64,000 bases of DNA from the human T2T-CHM13v2.0 reference genome, Homo sapiens. The position numbers and the translations under genes were made by a program. The stretch lies in assembly GCF_009914755.1 (NCBI RefSeq), contig NC_060941.1. One strand, given 5' to 3'. Positions within the stretch are counted from its first letter, which is position 1. The number at the start of each line of letters is the position of its first letter. This document shows, piece after piece, positions 13,486 to 28,584 of the stretch. The notes beneath the pieces were generated by a model. That model was given only the letters and a program-made list of their open reading frames with translations. It was not told where the DNA came from and made no database searches.

Positions 13486-13754
13486 CACAGTCTCTCAAGG
13501 CTTCCCTTGGCTGGGGGAGGGAGCCCTCCCACCCCCTCCCCGCCGCCGCCTGCTCCTTGCACTTCGTGGGTGAGGCGATGCCCAACCCTGCTTCTGCTCG
13601 CCCTCCATGGGCTGCACCCACTGCCCAACCAGTCCCAATGAGATGAGCAGGGTACGTCAGTTGGAAATGCAGAAATCACCGGCCTTCTGTGTTGGTCTTG
13701 CTGGGAGCTGCAGACCGGAGCTGTTCCTGTTCAGCCATCTTGCCAGCAGTCTCA

Positions 13755-15690
13755 GTGTTTGCATAGTTTCCAAAATTCCTTAGTTATTGATTTTTAGTTT
13801 TATTATATCGGGATCAGAAAAGTACTTCATATGATTTTGACTTTTTAAAATTTGTTGAGACTTCTTTTGTGGCCTGACGTGTGGCCTATCCTGGAGAATG
13901 TTCGATGTGCTGATGAGAATAATGTGTATTTGCAGCAGTTGGATGAAATGTTCTGCAAATGTCAGGTTCATTTGATCTAGAGTGTAGTTTAACTTTGATG
14001 TTTCTTTGTTGATTTTCTTTCTGGATCATCTGTCCATTACTGAGAATGGTGTGTTGAAGTCCTCTACTAGGATTGCATTGCAGTCTCTCTCTCCCTTTAG
14101 GTCTATTAATGTTTGCTTTATATATTTGGGTCCTCTGTTGTTGTGTACATACATATTTATAATTGTTATATCCTCTTACTGGATCAGCCCCTTTATTATT
14201 ACTTGGTGACCTTCTTTGTCTCTACAGTCTTTGATGAGATTTCCTTAAAGCCACTATTTTGGATTCTTTATCTGAGAGCTCACACATTGCTGTCTTATTA
14301 AGGTCAGTTACTAGTTCTTTACTCTGTCCATCTGAGGAGGTCATGGTTCCTAGTTTGCTGTTCTTCCTTGTGGACATATGTCTATATCTTGTCATTGAAC
14401 CATTAATTATTTATTCCAGTCTTTGCTGTCTAGCTTGTTTTGGTCTTCCCAGGGTATATATGCTTAGAGGATTTTTGCACTTTGCCTGTTGAGTCACCTT
14501 AACCCTAGATCACTGCATCTTTTTGTTACTAGATTGTATTTTAAACCCAGATTTGCCTTGGCTTCACAACTGTTCAGAGTCCTGCATGTCTCAAATGGGG
14601 AGGTCTCAAAAGCGATACTCTAGCTGTGTGGGAAGGCTGTCTATAGGTTCATGCTGAGTGGAGCCATGGCATGTGCCTTCCTACAGTGTGGTACTGCTGA
14701 ACAGCCACTCTGATTTGGTGTCTCCTTTGGCTGAGATAAAGAGCAGAATTTTGTGGCCTGGGGTTGCTGGTCCCACCTCTCTTTTAGTTTCTAGCTGCCC
14801 TCAGGGGGTTTATTGCCTATAGGCACTCATAATACTTCCTTTGGGTTGATTCAGGAATGGTTTTCCTGTAAAGGAACCCAAGATGGTGGGGAAGCTGGCT
14901 GACTGCCATGGTCTCACTTTTTCCACTGTAGAAATGAAGATTTCAGGGGGACTTTTCCTCATGGTACCTGGCAGTTTGGGGGAGGGGTGTTGTGGATATA
15001 GAAGTCCTTTTTTCTTAACATCTGCTTGGAGATTTTCACTTCTCTGTGCCCCCAGGAGTCATTTCAGCTTCAGATGTGAGTTCTGGGATATTACTGGTGT
15101 TAATCTTGGCACTGGATATTTGTTTTTGGTTTTCAGTAGGGGAGAATGAAGCCAGATTGCTTCTGTTCTGCCATTTTGGTGACATCACACTTCTGGTTTC
15201 TAAGGTTAATTTATGTAGTATGTATCGGTAGTTCATCCCCTTTTAAGGCTAAATAAATCTATATTATATTGTATGGATATTCTTTACTTTGTTGGTGGTC
15301 CATTGGCTCATGGACATTTGATTATTTCCAGTTTGGGGCTGTTATGAATAATACTGAAATTAACATTTGTATACATGTCTTCCTCTGGACATACACTTTT
15401 ATTTCTCTTGGGGAGATTCCTAAGAGAAGAATTTTAGTCTATATGGTGAATTTATGTTTAACTCTTAAACTGTCAAAACTGTTTTCCAAAGTGTTTATAA
15501 CATTTTCATTTTTCACCAACAATGTATGAGGATTCTAGTTTCTTCACATCTTCTCAACACTTGATTTTTTTTTTTATTATAACTGTTATAATAGGTGTGA
15601 AATGGTATTTCACTGTGGTTTTAGTTTTGCATTTCCTTAATGAGTAATGATGTCAAGCATATTTTCACATGCTTACTAGCCATTCATAAT
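13755..15690 (-). mobile_element. Older L1M fragments (EN region, 5' region, 3' region)
   Basis: Degenerate endonuclease-like sequence at 13760-14230 and an L1 3'-like sequence at 15230-15690. Boundaries approximate. Confidence 0.6.
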
Positions 15691-15691
15691 C

Positions 15692-15985
15692 TTTTTTTTG
15701 AGACTGGGTCTTGCTCTGTCATCTAGGCTGGAGTGCAATGGCTGAATCATTGCACACTGCAGCCTAGACCTCCTGGGCTCAAATAATCCTTCCACCTCAG
15801 CTTCCCAAGTAGCTGGGATCACAGGCACATGCCACTCAGCCCAGCTAATTTTTAAAAATAATCTTTTGTAGAGATGTGGTCTCCCTGTGTTGCTCAGGCT
15901 GGTCTTGAACTCCTGGTATCAAGCAATTCCCCGCTTGGCCTCTGAAAATGCTGAGATGGCAGGTGTGAGCCACTGTACTCCCAAG
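15692..15985 (-). mobile_element. AluJ
   Basis: Diverged dimeric Alu. Confidence 0.85.
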
Positions 15986-17553
15986 CGTATAGCTCTTTAT
16001 ATGGACCTGCATCAAGGAAGCATTGTGTGAGTTCAAGCAAGAAAGCCCCATGACAAACTAAACAAGATTCTCAAAGGTACAGCTCTTTATATTCACTCAG
16101 CAGCCACTTTACAATCCCAAGTCTTAGAGGGTTAGGTGAGAATAGAGTTCTTATCAGCCACCTCATGAATTTAGAACCATCTTTCCCCTTGCTGACTCAA
16201 TACAGTGACCAGGCCCCTCATTTCATCTTTTTTTTTTTTTTTTTTACCCTATCCCTCTCTGACAGATTATGCTAACTTTGAATCTCAAGAATAATAGTTG
16301 GAAACTCATTCTCTTCTTTTACCTGGGCTTTTTGTATAAATGGTCCACCCTTTCCCCAGATTTCTGCATTCCATGTGGTATTGGATGTATAGAAGCTGAG
16401 CTGATGAAAGAAAAATGTTTCTGTTATTCTACCCCTACAGTGGCTGCAAATGATTTTCCATTTTATCTCAAATTTGCTTAAGGTGACTTGCTGTTTCTAC
16501 CTGTAAAATTAAAAAAGAGCTTTTAATTTTTAAATGGGAATTTTGTTCACTTAAAAATTTCTTTCACAAGATAGGGACATGTATCTTGCTGTATGTACTA
16601 TTTACACATCTTCTTTAAAAGAATCATCTTTTAAATAATCATTTTAAGAATCATCAAGTTCAGACATCAGTTTGATCATCACTTGTTTGTTTAGAAAGCC
16701 ATAATGATTTCCAGTGACTACTTAAAGTTTATACCTGGTAATGGCTTTAATGCCCTCTGCTGCCCAGCTTCCTACTTTACCTATCCTAATCAATTAGAGA
16801 AAACCTATTTAATTTGTTCTAGAGTTTGTGTGTGTATATGTGTGTATGTGTATATATTGTGTGTGTTTGTATATTATAAAACTTATTGAGAGAGGGGTAG
16901 AATATACAAACACAATATACACAAACAATATTCACACACAATATACACGCATACACAACCTCTGTTTTTTTCATACACACACACACACACACACTTTCTC
17001 TCTCTCTCTCTGTGTTTTTTCATCTTTTTCTTCAAGTGATTTAAGGTGCCACCTCTACTTTGAAGTTTTCTGATTAAACCAGATGAATTCCAGTTAGCCA
17101 ACCTTCTTAAGAGTTCAGTATATTTGTAAGTAATTTCCTTTAAGAATGCTTTAATTGCAGTAAAAATTTATCAGTTTAAATTTTGTGGAGAAAATACTGA
17201 CCAAATTTATGAAGAGTAAATTCCAAGTTATTATAAGAAGAGATGTAGAATAGTTATTCCTAAGTAATAATATGTATATTTAGAAAGATAAACTAAGGTG
17301 AATTTACCAAAGACTGAGCCATGTATTGCCACAAAATTATCCAAGTTTATCATTTTGGATTGAAAATTTTCTGCTTGTATTTCTGCTACTGAGAAGCAGA
17401 GTACAAAGAATTTTAAATTGTTGAATTAAATGGAGAAATTATATAATATTTTGTTCCTATGTATTTCAGTTATGGTACTATCAGTGCAATTAAATTGGTG
17501 CTTCCTTAGGTTCAGAGACTATAGTATAGTAGAATAATATATATGTGTATGTG

Positions 17554-17563
17554 TGTCTGTCTG

Positions 17564-17601
<38 letters not shown>
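17554..17601. repeat. (TCTG)n(TCTA)n tetranucleotide STR
   Basis: gtctgtctgtctatctatct... read directly. Confidence 0.9.
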
Positions 17602-17605
17602 ATAT

Positions 17606-17893
17606 ATTTTTTGAGATGGTCTTGCTCTGTTGCCTAGGTTGAAGCACAGTGGTACTATCATAGCTCACCTCAGCCTTCATCTTCTGGGCTCAAGCAATTC
17701 TCCTACCTCAGCCTCCCCAGTAGCTAGGAATACAGGTGCACACCACTATGCCCAGCTAATTTTTTATTTTTTTGTGGAGACAGGGGTCTTGCTTTGTTGC
17801 CCAAGCTGCTTTCAAATCCCTGGCCTCAAGTGATTCTTCCGCCTGGCCTCTCAAAGTGTTTGAATTACAGGTGTGAGCTACTGTGTGTGGCCT
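17606..17893 (-). mobile_element. AluJ
   Basis: Diverged dimeric Alu. Confidence 0.85.
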
Positions 17894-18089
17894 AGAATAA
17901 TATATTTTTGACTTTGATTTTGATACTTACTTTTTTTATTAAAGATTCTAGATATGCTTTTAGTATATAACACTGCTGAAGTGATTTATATTTTTGTTAA
18001 TTTAGTGTTAGAACTAAAATTCATCTTGTTAGTGGTGTTTTATTTTTGACTTATATTTAATACTTATTAGCATACTCCTTTATTTTTAG

Positions 18090-18233
18090 CGTTGCCTGGT
18101 GTCATTAAAGCCATTGATAAAATTAAAGATAAAAATGTGGATTATGAGGATCTAAATACTTGTCTTCAAAATTTTGGTATTTACCTTTCTAAGCCAGAAT
18201 TTAAGAAGATCACAGAACTGACTGAAGCTGGTG
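18090..18233 (+). CDS. EFCAB13: EFCAB13 coding exon (144 nt) ALPGVIKAIDKIKDKNVDYEDL...ELTEAG
   Basis: tttatttttag|CG acceptor, GGTG|gtgagt donor, open frame, phase 1-1. Confidence 0.9.
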
Positions 18234-20184
18234 GTGAGTGATATATTTTCAGGCAAACTGCATTGACACATCTGGAAGGAGGGTCAATTTGTTATTTTTT
18301 TCTTAGAAAAATGACTAATTTTTTTATTATAAAAAGTTAAAATTAAACTAATACAAAAAGTATGGAAATACTCAAAAGTACAAGAAAACACTCAAAAGCC
18401 TGTTATTTAGGAATAACCAGTATTAATAGTCTTTTTAATTAAAAAAAAATTTTATTTATTTATTCTTTAAATAATCTTTTCAAGATTTTTTTTCCTAGGC
18501 AAAAATGCAGACAAAAAGAAAGCAGAATTTGTGGTATTGCTGTCTGACAAGGTAGAAGTCAGGACAAAAGGCATTAAATTGGGGCAAATAGGGATTCATT
18601 ATTATGTCAAAACCTACAATTCACAATAAAGTTAAACCATTTTTGAGTATCTGTGCCCATATAACCTAGCAGCAGCTCTTCTAAAGGAAAGGGTGAGAGT
18701 GGCTCGACAGGAGACTGGGGTTATAGGTGAAATAATATTGTCTATGAGTTGATAATTGTTGACGCTAGAGATAGTATATGAACATATTACACTATTCTAT
18801 TTTGTGTATATTTAACATTTTCCATAATAAAAAGTAAAAAAAGGAATATGTCTAAGTTGTATGATACCTGTATAGAGAAAATAAGACTATGTGAAGACAT
18901 TAAAATCTAGATAAATAAGAATGTATCCCATGTCTGTAGATTCAGAGACCCAAGACTGTCAATTCTCTAATTAACTTATTTATTCAAAGCAATTCTAATA
19001 AAACCCTGACTTTTTTGTAAGCTAATTCTAATATTTATATGAATGACTAAAGGCTAAGAATAGCTAAAGCACTCTTGAAGAAGAACATTTGTGGAGATAT
19101 GTGTGTGTTGGGGGGTGGGGGTTGGGAGGAACTTGCTCTCCTGGATATCAAATCTCCTTATAAAGCCGTAGTGACTAAAAGAGTGTGAGAATGGCAAAGG
19201 GATAGAGAAATTTACCAATAGGACAAGATAAGGAACTTCCAAACATATCCACAAACATACATGGCAACATATATGATAAAGTGGTGGATAACTGGGGAAA
19301 GAAGGACCATTTAATAAATGGTACTGAAAAAATTACTTATTCAAATGGAAAGAATAGTTAGATCCCTGTCTCACTCCGTATTCAATAATTTCCAGGTGTG
19401 AGAACTAAGGTTTAGAAAAAACAAAGGGAAGAAAAATTTTCTGACGTAGGATTTTTTAAGATATGAAATAAGAAACTAGAAAAGATTGATAAATTTGCAT
19501 ACATTAAGAACTTCTCTTTGTTAAAAGATACAACAAAGAGAATGAAATACAAGCCACACACTGGTTATTTGCAACACTTACAACAGTGATGATTATCGTA
19601 GAGAATATATAGGCAACTTTTACAAACCAACAACTCAACAGATATTATAGAAGTTTTCCACATGAAGACACAAGTTGCTAATAATCACATGAAAAGGTTC
19701 TCAACATCCTTAGTAATTAGGGAAGTGCAAAGTTTAGGTCATAATGAGATACTTAAAAAAAAAAGAGGGATCTGTTGGCCTCAAACTCCTGGGCTCAAGC
19801 AATCCTCCCACCTCATCTTCCTGAGTAGCCGGGACTAAAGGCACAAGCCACCATGCCTGGCTCATGACATACATTTTTATATCCACTAAAATTGGGAAAA
19901 AGTAAGAAATATGTTATTCTAAGTATTGGTAAATATGGTGAAAGTGGTAAAACCACTTTGGAAAATAATATGTAGTATCTTGTAACATTTGCATATCCCA
20001 TGGTTTAGAAATACTATTCTTAGCTATAAATCCTGGAAAATCTCTTGGACTTAAGTACCAGGAAGCATATTCAAGAATGTACATGGCAGCACTGATCTTA
20101 ATGGCAAAAAAGGAGAAAGAAAGCAGCATGATATTCATCCACAGAATGTATACATAAATTGTGGTATACACCATTGTGTATTCA

Positions 20185-20415
<231 letters not shown>

Positions 20416-20665
20416 TTAAAAATATTATGTATGCTTGAGAGGGACTGGAAGAATTTTGACCCGTTTTCTTGGTGTTTTTCAGCGTTTACTTCTCTACTGT
20501 AAATTGATTTGCTTTTCCCCTTTATACCCATATATTTTTATTGGTTAGTATTACCTGATGGATATAATTATATATTTCTGAATATATAACGTATTTTATA
20601 TAATTCAATATTTTTCATAATAATACTTAAAAGATGCCAAAAAAATGTGTTTCTTTTTCCTGTAG

Positions 20666-20740
20666 AAACAAAAAAAGTGAATTTTAAAGAATTCATTGAT
20701 ACTATGATGAGCAACACGGAATGCTTCTCTGAAAAATTAG
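20666..20740 (+). CDS. EFCAB13: EFCAB13 coding exon (75 nt) ETKKVNFKEFIDTMMSNTECFSEKL
   Basis: tttttcctgtag|AA acceptor, TTAG|gtacgt donor. VNFKEF is EF-hand-like. Confidence 0.9.
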
Positions 20741-22474
20741 GTACGTAAGAATATCATGTCTTCTGCTTTTTGTGGACCAAATAGTTTGACAGATTTTAGA
20801 AGAGCGTAAACACTCTTTTAGTCTCTTATAGAGCTAGTTATCCTGCAGGTCATCCGACAAATAAATGCCTGGCTTCCTGCTGCTATATTTGGCTTTAATC
20901 TCCTCTAATGACCCCTAATTCTAGAATGTCTTCTACATGCAAGTGAATTAAAAGCTATCATAATTTTATTTTTCATTAGCGCACTTATAGAGGGCTAGAA
21001 CCATGTATAGCATTCGTTTTGGGGAAAAGATTTAAAATGTCTTTCAACTTAGGAAAAATGATGCCTTCTAGTGCCTGAGTACTAATATGAGAATTTCTGG
21101 TTACATCTGTCCCCATTTCTTTCTATCTTCCAATGTATTCAGTAACATTTATGAACCATTAATATGTACTAGGCTTTATGTTAAGCTGTAAGTGTGGTAA
21201 TATGGAAAAGATAGTTTTGCCACTCAGAAGTTCACCATAAAGAAGTGTAAGGTCACATGTGTATATTTTTAATGGAGTGAAGTTAGTATGCATTCTAAAA
21301 ATTGGGGCTGAAAGTAACATCGTATTATTTTGTTCTTACATGTTAGGTAACAGTAGATTTTAAGTAGCAGCTCTTTTTACCTTACAATATAAGATTTAAT
21401 TTGTCTCCTATATAGGGGTATATCATACAGAGAAAGAGATTGTCAGTTACTTCATTTTTCCTAGGAAATTCACTTTTATGGAGTTTAAAATTTTATTAGC
21501 ACAGAGTTATATAGTATATTACCTAATCTATCTCTGTCATTGTATTTTATATCTCATTGTTAATATTGCATGTTTATGTTTACTTCTTTTTCTTTTTTCT
21601 TCATTAGACTGCTCAAAGCATGTCTTCTTTATTGGTTCCATATACCTCATTGGGACCTTATATCCCTTTACCCCTCCGCTTTCTCCTAATCCATCAGTCT
21701 CCTCCTGTTTTCACTTTTCTTCCTTATTTAGTTTAAATTATCTTATCTATATATACCTAATACCCTAGACTGTCTTGCCTCCGTGTACTTTTGTTGCACC
21801 TATCTGGCAAAACTCTCAACCCCGAATGAACCCAATTACCTTCCTTCTTGTGTCTGACAGCATTTCTGGAGAAGATCACACAGCTGAGAAGATTGTACAG
21901 GTTATAAACAAAATCTTGGTCACTAATATCTGCTGGCTCTTCCTAACTGTCTAATCTTCCTGAGAATCCATTCTCTATATAGCAGCACAGTGACTTTTTA
22001 CAAATTTGTAGTAAGATAATTGCACTCCTTTGTTTAAGATGCTCCAGGATTTTGCATTGAAATAGTCTTCTTTTTGTTGTCTACAGTGGTAGATTGAAGA
22101 GGAAGTAGGAGCCAGAGGAGAATTTTAGGGAGAGATATAGAACAAAAGCTACTTAATTGTATTATCAATTGAAAATGTTTCTGAATTCACACTTTTAAAA
22201 ATCTAACTTCAATAAAAATTATTATTTATAATGTTTATTCAGGGTTGGGGCACTGTAAGTTCTTAAAATATTTCAAGATCCTCAAAAATACATTATATTT
22301 TAGGCTAAATATTTTATTATGTTTTCATTTTTGAAAGTTGGCAATTCATTTATGCTATATTTATTATTCTTTTAAACCATAAAAACCTTAATTTTTGTCT
22401 ATTCCAGATGACAGTTTACTGTATTAACTTCTTGCATAAGCATTCGTAAAACTTGTGTTTTATCTACCCTTTAG

Positions 22475-22618
22475 TATTGCCTGATGCTATTGAAACCCTC
22501 GACGATCTCAGAAAGGAGACGATGAGTGTTTCTGACCTGTGGAATACTCTGTCTAGTTTGAATAGTAATTTAAAAAAGGATGAATTTCTAGCTGCATTGG
22601 AACTAGTGACAGTTGATG
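22475..22618 (+). CDS. EFCAB13: EFCAB13 coding exon (144 nt) VLPDAIETLDDLRKE...LELVTVD
   Basis: ccctttag|TA acceptor, GATG|gtgagt donor. Lies inside ORF 22453..22638. Confidence 0.9.
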
Positions 22619-23648
22619 GTGAGTGTTACAAATACTAAAATTAAAAAGTATACCAAGATATTACTTTATTTTCTGTCAACTCTTGTCATTGTATCTTGTA
22701 CTTGGCGAGACGGAGTGTTCGAATATGATTGAAATGCCAACATATGCATTTAGGAAATATTGTATAAAGAAAGTTCAGATTGTTTGGCTATTCAATATAA
22801 AAATATTATTATGTAATTTATTATTGCTCTAAATTGATCAAATATGCATTGAGTACCTTCAAGTTGTGTGGTATGTTACTGGAAAATGGCATATCCCAAT
22901 GAACACAGAGGGCATGATTAGGAAATGTTAAGAGATCTATTCAAATTTTATAATAACAGTACTTGGAATATTCATACTGTTTTGTTGAAATAGGCTTTTA
23001 TTTAATTTGGTAGAAAAACACACCTGCTGATAGCTACCACCTCTATTTAGCAAGTTAAAAAAAAAAGCAAACAAAATAAAAACAAAGTTCAAAAAAGTAT
23101 TGTATAACAAAGACTATAGACTAAAAAATGTAAAGTAAGTCTCCATCATTTACTGCTCATATTCTACATGCAGGAAGGAGAGTACCCAGCCTACAGGTAG
23201 ACATTTCTACTCTCTCATAGTCTTAGTGCCTAGAAGTTAAAAATGTACCTAGTACGTTTATATTCTTTTATGTGGAATGTTTATACAGAACTAGATTAGT
23301 AACACGAGCATGCTGTCAGGGGTCTTTGTCAAAGAACTGTCTTTTTCTGTAATCATTTATTATCCTTTTCATCCATTAAGCTTCCATTTAGTTGAGGCTA
23401 GAAGTTTTGGGCTTTAAATGTATTGATTATTTTATTGGAAGATTTGAGGTGAAAAGGGTTGATGAAAAATAGAAGGCTAATTTCTACCCAATAATATAGA
23501 TTTTCTTCCCTTTTTCTCTGTGGCAGTGCTTCAGGTTCTTTTGTTAAAGTTAATGGAATTTATAGGCAACATGTACCACAGAAAGTAATAGATAGCATTT
23601 ATTTGAACCAGACCAACAAAGTATTATTTTATGAGATATGAAAATAAC

Positions 23649-25510
23649 GTCCCTCTCCCTCTCCCCCTCCCCCTCCCCCTCCCCCTTTCCCTCTCATGCC
23701 GAGCCGAAGCTGGACTGTACTGCTGCCATCTCGGCTCACTGCAACCTCCTTGCCTGATTCTCCTGCCTCAGCCTGCCAAGTGCCTGCAATTGCAGGCACG
23801 CGCCGCCACGCCTGACTGGTTTTCGTATTTTTTTGGTGGAGACGGGGTTTCGCTGTGTTGGCCGGGCTGGTCTCCAGCTCCTAGCCGCGAGTGATCCGCC
23901 AGCCTCGGCCTCCCGGGGTGCCGGGATTGCAGACGGAGTCTGGTTCACTCAGTGCTCAATGGTGCCCAGGCTGGAGTGCAGTGGCATGATCTCGGCTCGC
24001 TACAACCTCCACCTCCCAGCCGCCTGCCTTGGCCTCCCAAAGTGCCGAGATTGCAGCCTCTGCCCGGCCGCCACCCCGTCTGGGAAGTGAGGAGCGTCTC
24101 TGCCTGGCGCCCATCGTCTGGGACGTGAGGAGCCCCTCTGCCTGGCTGCTCAGTCTGGAAAGTGAGGAGCATCTCTGCCCGGCCGCCATCCCATCTAGGA
24201 AGTGAGGAGCGCCTCTTCCCGGCCGCCATCCTATCTAGGAAGTGAGGAGCGTCTCTGCCCGGCCGCCCATAGTCTGAGATGTGGGGAGAGCCTCTACCCC
24301 GCCGCCCCGCCTGGGATGTGAGGAGCGCCTCTACCCGGCCGCGACCCCATCTGGGAGGTGAGGAGCGTCTCTGCCCGGCCGCCCCGTCTGAGAAGTGAGG
24401 AGACCCTCCGCCTGGCAACCGCCCGTCTGAGAAGTGAGGAGCCCCTCCGCCCGGCAGCTGCCCCGTCTGAGAAGTGAAGAGCCCCTCCACCCGGCAGTCA
24501 CCCCGTCTGGGAAGTGAGGAGCGTCTCCACCCAGCAGCCACCCCATCCGGGAGGGAGGTGGGGGTCAGCCCCCGCTAGGCCAGCCGCCCCGTCCGGGAGG
24601 GAGGTGGGGGGGTCAGCCCCCCGCCCGGCCAGCCGCCCCGTCCGGGAGGGAGGTGGGGGGATCAGCCCCTGCCCGGCCAGCCGCTCCGTCCGGGAGGGAG
24701 GTTGGGGGGTCAGCCCGCCGCCCGGCCAGCCGCCCCGTCCGGGAGGGAGGTGGGGGGGTCAGCCCCCCCCTGGCCAGCCACCCCGTCTGGGAGGTGAGGG
24801 GCGCCTCTGCCCAGCCGCCCCTACTGGGAAGTGAGGAGCCCCTCTGCCCGGCCAGCCGCCCCGTCCGGGAGGGAGGTGGGGGGGTCAGCCCCCCGCCCGG
24901 CCAGCCACCCCGCCCGGGAGGTGAGGGGCGCCTCTGCCCGGCCGCCCCTACTGGGAAGTGAGGAGCCCCTCTGCCCGGCCACCACCCCGTCTGGGAGGTG
25001 TACCCAACAGCTCATTGAGAACGGGCCATGATGACAATGGCGGTTTTGTGGAATAGAAAGGGGGGAAAGGTGGGGAAAAGATTGAGAAATCGGATGGTTG
25101 CCGTGTCTCTGTAGAAAGAGGTAGACATGGGAGACTTTTCATTTTGTTCTGTACTAAGAAAAATTCTTATCCTGTTGATCTGTGACCTTACCCCCAACCC
25201 TGTGCTCTCTGAATCATGTGCTGTGTCCACTCAGGGTTAAATGGATTAAGGGCGGTGCAAGATGTGCTTTGTTAAACAGATGCTTGAAGGCAGCATGCTC
25301 CTTAAGAGTCATCACCACTCCCTAATCTCAAGTACCCAGGGACACAAACACTGCGGAAGGCCGCAGTGTCCTCTGCCTAGGAAAACCAGAGACCTTTGTT
25401 CACTTGTTTATCTGCTGACCTTCCCTCCACTATTGTCCTATGACCGTGCCAAATCCCCCTCTGCGAGAAACACCCAAGAATAATCAATAAAAATAAATAA
25501 ATAAATAAAT
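23649..25510 (+). mobile_element. SVA retrotransposon (SVA_D-like), sense to the gene
   Basis: Short CCCTCT/CCCCCT hexamer head, Alu-like domain, GC-rich VNTR, SINE-R, AATAAA and (TAAA)n tail. TSD aaaataac at 23641-23648 and 25511-25518. Confidence 0.96.
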
Positions 25511-25571
25511 AAAATAACTAGAAAAGTATTTTTTATGATAATAAAAACTCATATATTGTGTTTATTATTCT

Positions 25572-25854
25572 TTCTTTGGAGGGGACAAGGTCTTGCTTTG
25601 TCACCCAGGCTGGAGTGCAGTGGCGCAATCTCGGCTCACTGCAACCTCTGCCTCCCGGTTCAAGCGATTCTGCTGCCTCAGCCTCCCAAGTAGCTGGGAC
25701 TACAGGTGCACAGCACTGTGCCTGGCTAATTTTTTGTAGAGACGGGGTTTTGTCATGTTGTCCAGGCTGGTCTCAAACTCCTGAGTTCAGGTGATCTTCT
25801 GGCCTTGGCCTCCCTAAGTGCTGGGATTACAGGCATGAGCTACCGCACCAGGCC
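25572..25854 (-). mobile_element. AluS
   Basis: TSD tgtgtttattattct at 25557-25571 and 25855-25869. Confidence 0.9.
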
Positions 25855-27204
25855 TGTGTTTATTATTCTGTACTTATGAAGCAAAAGACAGTATATAAAA
25901 TGCAGATTTTACAATTTAAGCCTAAATATACACATGATATTGAAAACTGTATCTGTACGCCATTTGTCATATCATTTCTTCTTTTAACATTGTGCACTTA
26001 GTACAAAGGTATTTAGTTCTTATTTTAATGCAGTGGTTTGCAAAATTTTGAGATTTGTTATTTTTGTTTATATTTGATATTGTTAAAGCAGAATGCTTTT
26101 TTTCCAAATTAAATCTTATACAGTATCCTAATATATAAAATATTAAAGTTGAGCTTCTCTGACCAAAGTGGGAGAAATGACCAAGTGAACTGCTGAAACA
26201 GCTCCATAAGACCTTAGAAATATAAGAAAGAACTTAAAATTACTGATCTAGGGTATTATTTTGACCAGGTTATGTTAAAAAGAAAAAAAACCCTGAAAAA
26301 CAACTGATTCAGATTCTCTCTAGTGAAATTGAAGAGTGAGTTCTTGGTTATTGGTGGTATTCCATGTTGACTCCTTAATATTTTAAAATATATTTAAAAT
26401 TAAAAAATAATTTTATGATGATTACAAAAAAAGCATTGAAAAATAGAAAAGGTAATTTATCATTTGGCATATTCAGAAATACTTCCCAAATATCTAGTCA
26501 TGTAGCTTATGAGCTCTCTTGTTTCTTCTGAAAGACCTGAGTGAAGAAAGTTGGTGTTGAGCAAAAATGTGTAAGAGGGTATGGAAAATGGTCAAGGTGA
26601 ATGTGAGACATTGAATCCATAGGCGAAGAATTAGAGGAAATCATTAATAGGTGTTGTTAGGCATTTAAGGCCTGGGACAATCTCTTCTCTGCTGGTGGTT
26701 TCTCTAGCTTTATTTGTTTTAGATTTTTAAACTTAAACTGATATTCTCTGTTTCTCCTGACTCTGATATCTGATGTGTTTGAAATTAGCTTAATAACTTT
26801 GTTTTCTTTTCGGCTTGGCAGCAAGACTCTGAACTTATCTTCATGATTTTTTATGCAATATCCATTGAAGCCAGATCTGAATCTTTGTTTCAGGCTCTAA
26901 CTTTGCAACCTGGCATCAGCTGTGATTAATCCTGTTTTGGTGGTTTAGCAAAGAATAATTGAGCTACAAATTCTTGACAGCAGCTCTATCCATCCACATT
27001 TCTTTTCACAGGATTTATTTAAAGATATCCAGGAAATCTTTCCTAATATTGGTAGTTGCTATTCTATTTCAGCAAGTTGTATGAACCTAAGGATCAAATG
27101 AGATCACAGGTCATGCTTACAGATTTGGGTCCCTTGGTAAACAGGTCCAAAGCTAGCTGTAGATTTTGTTAGTGTTATCAGTACCTGTTGACGTCAGATG
27201 GCTC

Positions 27205-27352
27205 CCTGCTTCCTTTCTTCCTTTGCCTCCTTGCCTCCTTGCCTCTCTCCCTCCCTTCCCTTCCCTTCCCACTCTCCCTCCCTCCTTTGCTTCCCTCCCT
27301 TCTCCTCCCCTCCCCTTCCCTCTCCTTCCCTTCCCTTCCCTTCCCTTCCTTC
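27205..27352. repeat. CT-rich low-complexity tract ((CCCTT)n-like)
   Basis: Polypyrimidine run read directly. Confidence 0.85.
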
Positions 27353-28256
27353 CAGAATTGTAAGTAGCTGTGATTTAGTTCTACTTGATTATACATACCA
27401 AGAACTAGATTCAGAGGGGACTCCATTTAGGTGACTGAATTACAGTACCCGTTGCCTACTTTAAGCTGAGCTTTAAGCTACTGTAAATTGAAGACACTTA
27501 ATTAAGAGCGTCTTTATATAACATGGTCTTAGAATATTTGATTATGTAACCTTGTTGACTGATGTGAAGCTAGTGGAAGGCCATCCTGAGTATTATAAAA
27601 GTATAAAAGAAGCATGAGGAATGGAATGTACAAACACTTCTATCCTTCTCTACCGTTTCTCCCATCAGAGAGAGAACACAGATTCAGGGACAGAGCCTTT
27701 ACAGTTAGTGATATATAGGACTCTACTAAATGACAGAAGCAGCAAAAATACTGCAAAAAGACATGCGTTTTTACTCTAGAGAATAGTTCCTAAAAGTTCA
27801 AGTGTCAATTTAAAGCTAAGGTAGATAGAAGGTGAGACATTGTTAATTGTAGCTATATACTTAAGCCCTGTTCAGGCTTTTATCTGCTGGTGACACATTT
27901 TGCTTGTTGTGCTTTGTTCTAGTCTATGATAATAAACTATAATATTTCTAAATCCTAAGCTTCCTTATTCCTGGCTGGGAAAACAAAGCTGCTTCTGTTT
28001 CCTGTGTTCATCACTTTAACTTTGTAATCTAGTACTTGTGTACTGTGTAAGAAATGGGTGTAAACACATATCAGAAATTGTAGTCATAGGCCTATCAGGC
28101 ACTGAAAGACGTCTTTAAAGTTTTCTGGTGTAGAATTTTTATCTTCAAACAATTGAAAGACAAAACTAAGACTGAGGTATGTCTCTTAATTTTGTCTAGG
28201 AATATGTCTTGGTTTTATATTTTGGGAATATGGATTATATTGTTTCCATTGATTGA

Positions 28257-28584
<328 letters not shown>

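Larger units (their letters stand above)
6739..13754 (-). mobile_element. Near-full-length LINE-1 (L1PA6/7-age), antisense to the gene, disrupted
   Basis: 3' end reads ttattatactttaagttctgggatacatg on +. ORF2 RT/EN fragments (8448..9329, 9277..9690, 9912..10319) and ORF1 fragments (11725..11998). The 5'UTR ends cagccatcttgccagc. Frameshifts, small deletions and two Alu insertions. Confidence 0.93.

Noticed and set aside
23945-25031. Clusters of ORFs and CRISPR-like repeat spacing in GC-rich tandem units (also 46942-47823)
   Set aside because: These are SVA VNTRs. There are no unique spacers or cas genes, and the DNA is eukaryotic.
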